Below are positions 17,575 through 29,900 of a stretch of 64,000 nt of DNA, in pieces. The position numbers and the translations under genes are program-made. Numbering within the stretch: position 1 is the first letter of the stretch; each line of letters begins with the position of its first letter. This DNA comes from Eledone cirrhosa (taxonomy: Eukaryota). The DNA is taken from the NCBI GenBank assembly GCA_964016885.1, contig OZ024740.1, positions 66,960,001 to 67,024,000 of the forward strand. The letters run 5' to 3'. The notes under the pieces were generated by a model. That model was not told the origin of the DNA. It saw only the letters and a list, made by a program, of their open reading frames with translations, and did no database searches.

Positions 17575-18338
17575 TTTCTGAATTTGTTTAGCAAGATTCT
17601 CTATCTGAAAACGTGTGTTGAAACCGATATTGTTATACTTTGGGAGGGTCACGTTGCCAATAAGAAACACACGCACCAGTTGCTTTATTGTAAATTAAAA
17701 TTTTTTTTTTTTTTTAAAGAATTTATAAATTTCCGGTTGGTTGGTTCCACAACCGGACAGGTGTTCATATATTGTCAAAGTTCTTTCGTCACACATTTTG
17801 CGACCTCTTCAGTGACTGGGGATTATTTTCTTTTTTTAGTGCCTCTCCTTTGTTCTGTCCTACGCCATCTTCTTTGTGTGCTTAGTTTGCGCATGTGTTA
17901 GCTTACAAATTTAGATAAACTTAAAGTTAACATCAAGATAGTAGAAAGACCAGGTACCTCCAACCAGTAACATGTAAATAAACAAATAAATAAACAAATG
18001 AATAAACAAATAAAAACACACCCATACACCCGGATGTAACACATGCGCAAACTAAGCATACAACACACACAAAAACAAGATGGCGTAGGACAGAACAAAG
18101 GAGAGGCACCAAACAAAGAAAAGAATCCCCAGTCACTGAAGAGGTCATAGAATGTGTGACAAAAGAACTTTGACAATATATTAACAACCGTCCGGTCGTG
18201 GAACCAACCGACCTGAAATTTATAAAATGTTTTGAAAAGATTTTTTTAAAAATTTTTTAATTTACAATAAATTGGAGTGAAAGCAAGTGGTGCGTGTGTT
18301 TCTTATTGGCAACATGACCCTCCCAATGTATAACAATA
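17575..18338. mobile_element. PLE family A inverted pseudo-LTR pair with an ORF remnant in the spacer
   Basis: Arms about 17628-17900 and 18037-18338. Spacer 17903-17962 is homologous to 63836-63904 (NIKIVERPGTS). Confidence 0.85.
17774..17816 (-). ncRNA. Minimal type I hammerhead ribozyme motif
   Basis: GTCA CTGAAGA G GTCGC-AAAATGT-GTGAC GAAAG AA CTT^TGAC: complete core, three stems and a CUU triplet. Confidence 0.75.
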
Positions 18339-19674
18339 TATATATATATATATAATTATGACAAGCAAGCCGGATAGAGTGGTTCGGTCGTTTCCTCAAT
18401 CACTCATTGGAAATCAAAGTGCATATTATTAAATTTCGAAACCGCCTGGTCAGTTGGCCAGAGTGCAACCTTTCATTAAACAGAAGGGGAAACTACTTCA
18501 TGTGGGTAAGATAATGTGGAACCCAGACTGCTATAACACATTCCACATTCCTGAACTGCTGGTTTTGCCCCGACAGGTGCTGTCATGTGCAGAATATTAT
18601 ATAATGATAGTACACATTAGGTAATTAGGCGTCTGGTCCTTTCGTAGGCCCATTCGTTGTTTAGGAAAGACACAAAATGGCGTGCTAAGCCCTCAGTTGC
18701 TAGTGGCAAGTGATGGTAGTAGTAAACTCCTTAGTGGCGCGTGATGTCACATAAGCAGGAGGTAAGGCAAGTTTGACCAAGCAGGGAATTACCTTGGCAA
18801 GAAAAATTCACATTCAAAAAATAAGATTATTGCCACAAACACTCAATCAGTGTGGTTTAATAAGAAAACAAGTACAGTACAGCAAACAATAAAAAATATA
18901 AATACCTATCCTTACGTGTGTATTTCAAAATATACGTCCATACATTGTCAACCAACTATTTTCCTCAATCAACAACCGTATATTACACGGTGGTTCATTT
19001 GTGTACCTTGTATTATTAGCACTAAATTATATATGCGTAAGACTCTGTGTCATCTTGTATTTTATCTCCATTATCCGTCCCTCAGGTCCGTCACACTCAC
19101 TTCATATAGAGAGGGGAGCGTCAAGAGAGATGATAGGAAACGCCATGTTTTCGAGGTGAAAGGAAGATGTTGAAAGACAAAAAGTCATGACGTCGCATTC
19201 ATCTATGTAAAGAGAGGGGCAGCTTCAGGGGAAAAGGTTGTACAATGATAGAGAAAAGGAACCTCATTTGTTTAGAGAGAAATAGAGAGAGAAAGAGAGT
19301 GTGTGGTGTGTGTGTGTGTTTGTGTGTATGTATGTGGATGTGTGGGTGTGTGTGTGGGTGTGTGTGTGTGTGTGACAGAAAGAGAGGCAAGATAACGTCG
19401 CTCTCATCTAGTAATATTTAAAGTAGCACTCCTCTAAATCATTAAGTCATGTAATTCTACATAATAAAGTCCAACACCAGACATAAATTAAACAAATTGT
19501 TTGTGCGCAAATACGCCACCGTACAGACTTAACACACATTATGTCGCCATTATAGTGACATGTTTTCTGCATCAGATTTTCTTTTATGTCCGAGTGAGTA
19601 ACAAGATTAACAATAATAATGAGCTTACCTCTTGCTCATGTATTAATACAGAGGTTATTAAATTACTATTGTAG

Positions 19675-19768
19675 ATTTGCATTGGCTAACTGTGCTATCC
19701 AGTTTCCACCCATAACAATATGGTGCCGCTGGTCCACTATCTTATACTTTCATAAAAGAAAACCTACG
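19675..19768 (+). pseudogene. Damaged candidate for the next SLC6 exon (end of TM11, EL6)
   Basis: AG acceptor at 19673-74. Removing two single-base insertions gives IALANCAIQFPPITYGA, in register with the SLC6 pattern FIL.FS..Q(W/Y).P(M/L)TYG. The following Y.YP.W..LGW segment is missing. GT at 19769. Confidence 0.45.
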
Positions 19769-20081
19769 GTTATGCACTTCACAAGCCTATGATAATTCTA
19801 CAAATCATATTTCACTCTATGTGCCAATAATCTATTTACATCGTTTTCTGCTTTCTTTCATTGTTTGCTAATATCCTTGCTACGCGTTGTGTTAAATTAA
19901 ATCTTTCTGTCATACTCCTGAAGAAACGCATGCGAGTGTTTATACAATGTGAAAAATTCTTAATTAATTCGAACAGATTCATTGATTATGTCCATGTATA
20001 TGCACGGCTCTCACCTTTAAACAAACGATTGTAGAGATTACAGACAGATTTGACTTAAGAATCTTGGTTTCTTCAATCTAA

Positions 20082-20185
<104 letters not shown>

Positions 20186-20189
20186 AATT

Positions 20190-20380
20190 TGCAGTATCGG
20201 AGGAGCGACAGACAATATGCTTTGAGTTACGGCCTGATACGTTCTGAGTTCAAATCCCACCGAGGTTAACTTTGCCTTTCATCCTTACGGGGTCGATAAT
20301 ATAAAGTACCAGTAATACACTGGCACTATTTCATAGACTTTCCTCTCAGCAAATATTGTTGGCTTTGTGCCGAAAATTAT
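20190..20380 (+). mobile_element. tRNA-derived SINE
   Basis: B-box-like GAGTTCAAATCCC and body GGTTAACTTTGCCTTTCATCCTTACGGGGTCGATAA. Confidence 0.8.
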
Positions 20381-20509
20381 TATTTTCTTCTTTCTTCTTA
20401 ATTCGACTGTTTTCAATTTTATATTCTGAACATTTCTTGTCTTATTCATGACACGCAATAACCTTATTCACTTTATTTTATCTGATGCTGTATTTGCTTC
20501 CTGCAAAAC

Positions 20510-21210
<701 letters not shown>

Positions 21211-21761
21211 ATGAATAGAAACTGATATTTGACATGCAGAGAATCTAATATTTTTTGGTAGATGTTAACAATATACTCTAAGTTTTGTATAAAATTTCAA
21301 TAGGATTTAGGCACCTTACGGCCTTATATCACTTTTCGGCTCTTGACTATTTTTTTTCCTCCTTCCAATTCTATACAACTGCGCTTCTGTACAATTCTTT
21401 TCTCGTTCATTTTCTACACAACTGTATTTTCATAGTTCTTTAACAGCATAGGATTATTTTTTAAGTTTCTATATTTTATTGTTATTCTAAATATAGTCAA
21501 GAACATATTTGGCCTATGTTAACATTTTCAGTGCCGAAATCAGTAAAATGGCAAATAATATACATGGCCGTATTTCATTACATCGCTTTTGGTTTTGAGA
21601 TCATATGTTTTCAAGCTTTTCTTTAATGTCTTTCTTGTGACAATCGATAACATGAAGGCTTGTCAAATAATATGCTCCGCCAAAGGAAGAAACTATCTCT
21701 TCCAGAATATTGGCATTAAGCTATGGTAGAAATTAGCAAATTATTATTATTAATATTATTA

Positions 21762-22317
21762 CTATCAGTTGAGTCCATCGTGGAGATTGCCCCGCCGCCG
21801 TCATTTAGCCGGGAATGGGAAGCAGTTTTTATCTGTCTGGTGGCCATGGTAAAAGAGATCGTATGGTGGACACGTCTGTAAGGGTTGAAGACGGGTACTT
21901 TCCTCTTCGGTGACGCCCTCATTAACTTTTTCAGGTTTCACCTGAAAAGGAAATTCAGGCTGGAGAGGGAAGTGCTGCTTTCCAGCCAGTGTTTTGAAAG
22001 GTGGGTGAGAGATGCAAAATGCCCCATGTGAATGGGCCTAACATAAGCGTGTGACTGTAGCATCGTATGAGGAAAAATGGAAGAGGGCACTTGTCATAAC
22101 GGTCAAGGTAACCATGGCTTTTTTGTAGGCTTTCTACACGAGCGATCCTCGGAAGTCTCCCCCATATTGGGGAATTTTTCATTGTTTCTTTTTTGTACAT
22201 CCTCTGTTTTTTTTTTGTTTTTGTTTTTTGACACGCAGAAATGCATATTTCTACCGTCCTGTGCTGTCCTTAATGTTATACGTTATGCCAACCCTTGTGG
22301 TTAATAAAGAAAGCATT
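21762..22317 (+). mobile_element. 5'-truncated L1/Tx1-type LINE (ORF2 C-terminus and 3' UTR)
   Basis: Homologous to 32204-32753; ends GTGGTTAATAAAGAA; preceded by a TTA tract. Confidence 0.85.
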
Positions 22318-22371
22318 AAATTACCAGTAATGCACTGGGTAATTGCTGACTTTGTGCCCAAAGTAGAAACA

Positions 22372-22428
<57 letters not shown>

Positions 22429-25400
22429 GCATGCCATGGTTGACGGAGGCTCGGCTCTGAAGTATAGTAATTTTTAACCGCTATAACAATTTTAAATTGT
22501 TTAAAACTTGAACCAAATTGTAGGTAAAAATACCCTCCTCCTCGTGAGAGGTGTCTTTCTGTCCGTTATTTGGCCCTTCGGGGTTAAACAACCGCTTATT
22601 GGGGTTTTGGGCCCAATATTCATTTTAAACCGTAAAAAAAACATAGCTACAAAAAATAATTTTCACAAGTCACTCTCACTCATTCCGTCTTCTTCTTCCT
22701 CAATCGTCAGAGAGAAGATTGTCTCTCTCCCTCCCCTCCTATCTCTAAATGTGGTGTCGCCTCTTTCGCAAGCGACGCCATTAAAGAAAAAGAAAAATAG
22801 AGTTTCTGGTAGCTTTCACCAAGAGAACGTGCATTCCGTGGAACATTTCTCCACGACGACGACAACGACGAAAAATGTGTGCGGTAAATACGGAAAGCCA
22901 TTTCATTCGTCTGAGGTGATGAAGAATAGCAGCAGCAGCCGCAACAACATCAGCAGCAGCATAAACAACAACAGCAGCAGCATAAACAACAACAGCAGCA
23001 GCATAAACAACAACCACAGCAACAGCGGCGGTCGTAGTACCGGCACCAACAACAAAAGTAACAGCAGCTATGGCGACAACAACAACAACAACAACAAGAA
23101 AGAAAAACCAATCTCGTTTGCAGGTATTGCAAAGAACCTGGAAACCATCCTTATAACAAATGGGGAATTACAGGAAGCAAAGAAGATGGTGACGAAAACC
23201 GGACACCGAGCAATCTGCAAGGCAGCCGAAAAATCTTTCGGAACCCACAGCACTGTACGGTCACGTCCCGTACAGTAAGCACAAAATCACGTAGGGTTGA
23301 AAGAGTCACAGAGGCTCAAATACAAAAAGCCTTAGAGTCTGTGTGGCAGCGGAAAACGCATATCACCCGCATATCACCCGAGAAATATGCCACCGTGAAC
23401 GTGCTTTTTGCCACACCCCTGGAGGCAAAGGCTCAATCCTTAGTTGCCCTAAGGAGCGAGGAAATGGTGTTGGTGCCCTCCTATTGCGGACAAAAATTGT
23501 GAGGGTCAAACTGACATACATCCCATGGGATGGCCGCTTCTTGGCTGGCCCCGTGTGTCCTCGTCGGAATCGAGGACAAAAACAACTGTACTGCAAGTAC
23601 AGAAAAAAGTAAGAGAAGATTGGGTCGGCACCTCCATTGAGATGTTAATTCAAACCAACCAGGAGTGTATCGAAGCTACCCCGGATGTGATAGATTTCGA
23701 TAACGGCACTCAACTCCCCATAAGTGTTGGGGGCAAATGCCCGAAATGCTTTCGCTGTGGGTCGAAGACTCACCTCAGGGCCTTTTGCAATGAGAAGACC
23801 CTGGCAAAGGAGAAAAACACCCTCCTTCCGAAACCGGCTCCCCTGCTACCAGCAACAGGACAGGCGGCAAGCAGGAAGGATAGGTCCGTGGCACCCATAC
23901 TCACCCCACGGAAATCAAGAACAGCAGCAGAAGTGAAAGTATTAACAACAACTACAGTAATACCAACTGCAGCAGCAACAAAGACTCCACTGCAACCACC
24001 ACCAACAAGAACAAGTGAAAGAGTGGAGCTGGTACCCATCCCCAACCTCACAGAATCGGACATGGCATGTGAGGTGGGAGAGGGATGGCAAAAGGTCGCA
24101 AGAAGGCACAAACACAGAAGCAGCGGATCGTCGCCTTCGAAAAGGGAGGGAAGAAATGAAAAAAAGGGTAAAGGCTACTGCAAAGAGATTTACAGCAGCA
24201 ACACCACCAACACCATCACGACCCACACTAGCACCACCATCACCACCGGCGGCAACCCCAGCGCCAACAACAAGAACACCTTCAACACCACCAACAGAAG
24301 CACCAACATCGCAAACACAACAACAAAAAAAACACACCCAGCAGCAACGACAAGAAAATAGCAGAACCACACCAAACCCCCAGAAAAAGAAATGCACAGC
24401 AATAAATAAACAGAAGAAACTAATGACTTACACAATTGAACACACAGACATTTCACAGCACGACTACATAATACCAGCACCAATCAAAACACCAACGAAC
24501 ATAAGACTGGTAAGAATAGCACAGAAACAATACTCAAACATTAAAATAAAATTCCCCAACGCAGTTGGTGATTTCAGAGACCTAGGAGGGACACTCAACC
24601 GGATAGTATATTCGGATATACTCACAGAAGAGCCGACGACCAGCCGAAGGGACGTTTCAACGGACCCTTCACCAGACGATCAAGTGGAAAGAGATGGAGA
24701 AATCATCCTTCCTCTACGAGAAGTAAGGTAAGTGGTCTTTCCCATCTTTTCCACTCCATTTCAACATGACCTCACTCAGAATAGGCAGCATAAATGCGCG
24801 TGGCTTGGGGTCGTCATGGAAGCAGGGCCAACTGCTCAACGCCCTCAGCTCACTAAACAGAGATGTAGTGGCCATCAGCGAGACCAGAATCTCCGAAGTA
24901 CGGGCCTTCACACCGATCTTCGGCGGCTACCATATCTACGCATCTCCCAGCCGTCCTGGATCGGGGGGAGGAGTTTCTGCGCTTTTAGGGAGAGGTTTGG
25001 ATCTCGCCATGCGGGCCATCTTCCTGGACCCAGAAGGTACGTTAATGATGCTGGACGTGACCAGTGGAGACGGGCAAGTTTCAAGCTAGTAGCCGTCTAT
25101 GCCCCGACAGGAGCAGGGCGGCCTGATTTCTTCCGGCGTCTGGAGACCTTTCTAGGAACGTCCCGCTCTTTAGTGTTAGTTGATGACTGGAACGGAATCT
25201 TAGATGCACGCCTCGACTGTGTGGGATTAGCGGATAGGGAAGGAGGGTACAACAGCCTCAGCAACCTGCTCAGGCGTTTTGAACTGTCTGACAGGTACCG
25301 ATTGGATTTCCCGAATGTGCCAATGTGGATTTGGACAAACCACATCGAGTCATCCAGATCATATCTATATAGAGTATTTTCTAGGGAAATAGATAGGTCT

Positions 25401-26968
25401 AGCATAGGCTGTCCACAATTCAAGATAGTCAGCTACACGGACCACACATTTGTGATTTGTGTGCTTGACTTAGATAGGCTTCATAGAGGACGACCCGGCT
25501 ACTGGAAGCTAAACGTGTCCTCACCAGCGCGCAAGGCCTACAGAGACCGGATTAGCAAACTAGTTAAGCGAGCGTTCACGAGGGCCATCGTCAACAACAA
25601 GTGGTGGTTTCCTCTGAAAAGAGCGATTAGAATAGAGTCCATTAGGTTTAGTAAGGCTTTAGCAATACAGAAAAATAGAGCAGAGGGAGAAGTAGTTAGA
25701 AAATTAGACGAGGCGCTTAGCAACGGCATCGCGACCGACGTACGTGCGGCGAAATTGGCCCTTGACCAATTCTTCAATGCAAAGCACGAAGGCTGCGTTG
25801 TCAGAGCTAGGGTGCGTGCTCTCAGACACGGGGGGAAGAAAGCCGTTCAATGGACTCGAGTGGCGGAGGCGCGTCATGGCAACAAACCACGATCCGGTCT
25901 TTGGTGGACCACGACGGGTGCATGCTTCTCAATCCCGGGCAACTGTGTGAAGCTTTTCAGCGACACTTCGCTCAGCTGTTCGGGGGAAGCGGCGGGCCGG
26001 ATCGAGGGACGGATTTTAGTGTCTACCTCGACGGACTGCCGCGGCTCTCGGCCACTGAGGCTGAGTGTTGCGAAAAGCCAATAACAGCCGCTGAAGTACG
26101 GGAGGCAATGACTGGCTGCACAAGGGGTAAATCGCCTGGTTTGGATGGTCTGCCCTAGGCGTCGACGAAAATCAACTAGCCAATCTCTTCGGAAGAAGAT
26201 TCGGGACGAGGCCTATGGACAACTTCCAGAAATCTCTGGCCTGGCAGTGCTACCGAGGAGCCTTGTCAGTTTGGGATAAACTCTACAGGCATGGAGGTGC
26301 CCTCCGCCGGGCATGTGCGAGATGCGCGCAGGGCGACGAAACCGTCCTGCACGCACTCGTCCAGTGTCCGAAAATTGCTGACTTGTGGGTTTATGTCGAA
26401 CACCTGCTGTCGCGCTAGGACGGATGAGGCTATCATCTGAGTCCATCGTGAGGATTGCCCCGCGCTCTTCCTTTAGCCGGGAAGGGCAGGCAGTTTTTAT
26501 CTGTCTCGTGGCCATGGCGAAAGATATTATGGTGGACAGGTTTGAATTGGCTGAAGACGAGCACTTACCTCTTCGGTGATGCCCTGATTGACTTTTTCAA
26601 ATTTCATTTGAAAAGGAAAATCAGAGTAGAGAGGGAAGTGCTCTCTTCCCAGCATTTTCTTGAAAGATGGGTGAGAGAAGCAAGAATGGCCCGAGTGAAT
26701 GGGCCTACTCTGAGTATGTATCTGTAAATTAAAGGTGGAAAACTGGGAAAGGGCACTTGCCTTGGTGATCAGGGTCACTGTGGCCTTTTACTGGGCTTTC
26801 TCCACAAATGTCCCTACGAAGTCTCCCCCCTATTGGGGAAATTTTCATTGTTATTTTTTTGTTACATCTTCTGTTTTTGTTTTTTACACGCAGAAATGCC
26901 CATTTGAACTGTCCTGTATTGTCCTTAATGTCTACTTTATATAAACTCTTGTGGTTAATAAAGAAATC
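22429..26968 (+). mobile_element. L1/Tx1-type LINE copy 1: frameshifted ORF1 with zinc knuckle, ORF2 with APE domain, RT deleted
   Basis: ORF1 has CFRCGSKTHLRAFC (CX2CX4HX4C). ORF2 starts at 24766 with MTSLRIGSINARGL..VVAISETR, VAVYAP, YTDHTFV, YWKLN and KSPGLDGLP, then jumps to the C-terminal CARC..ETVLHALVQC. AATAAA at 26957. (TTA)n on both sides. Confidence 0.92.
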
Positions 26969-26989
26969 ATTATTATTATTCTTATTATT

Positions 26990-29900
26990 GGCGACCTACG
27001 TAGTAAATCGTATAATCGTGATCTCCGCAAAGGTTTGTTATTTTCAGTTATTTAAAATTGCCATTCGTGGAAAATTTGTATTGTTAACTGTATATAAGTG
27101 CACACACATTGATTTCTGAAAAGGACACTCAAAAATATTGGGGCCTTGAGCCAAAAATTTAAACTTTTTGTAATTATCAAACAAAACTTTTTCTTTGAAA
27201 AATAATGGATTACTCAGAGTCACTCCTTCCTCACAATCCAATACCTCACACCGACACCACCATTGTAAATATTGCTACGTTTGCCAACACTGGAATTTAA
27301 ATTTGTCTCAGGCAGACGTTCATTTCCCGCCATTACCAATGACTGCAGGTCAACCAAGAATTCAACCAAAATGAACTCTTCCACACCGAACACCACTGAC
27401 GCCACCACCACCACAACTGACACTAAAATTAACAATAGCAAAAATAACGATAATAACAACAGCAACAATTAAATTAAGAAAACTACCCTGAGTTTTTGCC
27501 AGAGTAGCAAAAACGTGCGAAGCAATCCAGGTAACTCAGGAAGAATTAGACAAAGCCAAAGGAATGGTAAAAAAGATGGGTACAGCGTCAGCCTCACCCC
27601 CACCCCCCACCTAATAAAGTAGAGCAACGTAGCCTATGCACCGTGTCTTATCGGACAATAAACATAAAATCGCGCCGAGTGGAACGGGCATCTGAGTCCC
27701 AAATCCAAAAACATTTGGGACATGTGTGTAAGCAAAAAAAAACCACATCAGACGTGGGCAGAAGTATGTAACCGTGGACGTGTTCTTTGAAACACCACAG
27801 GAGGCCAGAGAACACTCCAGCGCCCCATTAAGAAGTGACGACTTCACACTCATCCAAAGCTATTGTGGCCAGAGACTTGTGAAGATCAGGGTGACCCACG
27901 TTCCACGGGCCATCGAAATTCCCTGGCTAATGGCTGCCGTCCTCGCCGGCATCGAGGCCAACACCAAGATAATTGAAATAGCAAAAGAAAAGCAGGAGAA
28001 CTGGTCCGGATCTGGGATGGAGCTCCTGATCCTGCGGACCATAAATGCATTGAGGAGATCCCAGAGGTAATAGAGCTCACTGACGGCAGCCACCTCACCG
28101 TAATCGTCGAGGGCAGAAGACCTAGGTGTGTCGTTTGTGGTGAAGGAACCCACCTAAGGGTTTCTGCCCTCAGGCTAAAAGGTTGAGGCCACCTCTCTTA
28201 CCCACCCCAGTGACTCAACCATCAACACCATCAGCAGCAGAAATAGCAGCAGCAACAACTGTAGCAGCAATAACAGAAGCAACTGTAACAACAACAACCC
28301 CAACAACAGTAGCAAAACCAACACCACCACCACCCAACGCCCCAGAACTGGCACCAGCTCCTACACCATCCACCACGCCACAACCAAAACCAACGCCTGT
28401 AGAGGATTTTCCACTCCCCGGCTTATCGCAACTGGAGACAGATTGTGACGTCGAGGAGTGGGAAACGGTATCAGTAAAAAAGAAAAAAAAAGAAACCAAA
28501 AAACAAAAGATTCTCTTCCTTCCACCTCAAAAAGCAAAATACAGAGGGAAACAAATAAATTATCGAACAAGAAAGTTAAGACAGATATGCCACCATACAT
28601 ACCAGCATCACCAACCCCATCACCACAAACACCAACACCATAAACATCATTAACCCCAACACCACCATCACCAACACCACAAAAGTCACCAAAAAGCGTA
28701 ACAGAAATAAACCCACAACAATCGCAAACAAAACAAAACAACCAAAACGATACACACTACACAGCATTAAATTTGAACAACAACCAATTATTACACTACA
28801 TGCAACACAGCACCAGCATCACAGAAAAAGAATACACAACAACCCACAAATTCACACCACCTCCACACATACAAATCACTCGCATCACACTGAAAACGTA
28901 CACGACACTAAAACAAAAATTCCCCAAAGACATATGAGACTTCCGACAAGCACTCTCCAGGAGGATTTATAAGGGCATCCTTCCGTAGGAGGCCACAAGC
29001 AGTGAAAAGGATGGAAAAACCATCCTTCCTCTACGAGAAGTAAGGTAAGTGGTCTTTCCCATCTTTTCCACTCCATTTCAATATGATCTCACTCAGAATA
29101 GGCAGCATAAATGCGCGTGGCTTGGGTCGTCATGGAAGCAGGGCCACCTGCTCAACGACCTCAGGTCACCAAACATAGATGTAGTGGCCATCAGCGAGAC
29201 CAGAATCTCCGAAGCACGGGCCTTTGCACCGATCTTCGGCGGCTACAATGTGTACGCATCTCCCAGCCGTCCGGCATCAGGGGGGGGGGAGTTGCTGTGC
29301 TTTTTCGGAGAGGTTTGGATCTCGCCATACGGGCCATCTTCCTGGACCCAGAAGGTAAGTTGGTGGTGCTAGACGTGACCAGCGGAGACGGGCAAGCTTT
29401 CAGGATAGTGGCCGTCTATGCCCCGACAAGAGCAGGGCGGCCTGATTTCTTCCGGCGTCTGGAGACCTTTGTTGGAACAACCCGCTCTTTAGTGTTAGTG
29501 GGCGACTGGAACGGGATCTTAGATGCACGCTGGGACTGTGTGGGATTAGCGGATAGGGGAGGAGTGTGCAACAGCCTCACCAATCTGCTCAGGCGTTTTG
29601 AACTGTCTGACAGGTACCGATTGGATTTCCCGAATGTGCCAATGTGGACTTGGACAAATCGCATAGGGTCATCCAGATCATATCTAGATAGAGAATTTTG
29701 TAGAGAAATAGATATGTCTAGCATAGGCTGTCCACAATTCAAGATAGTCAGCTACACGGACCACAAATTCGTGATCTGTGTGCTTGACTTAGATAGGCTT
29801 CATAGACGAGGAGCCAGCTACTGGAAGCTAAACGTGTCCTTACCAGCGCGCAAGGCCTACAGAGACCGGATTAGCGAACTAGTTAAGCGGGCGTTGACGG

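Noticed and set aside
22920-23100. Poly-N/S or poly-C/A ORFs from CAA/CAG repeats
   Set aside because: Low-complexity N-terminus of the Tx1 ORF1 and its antisense shadows.
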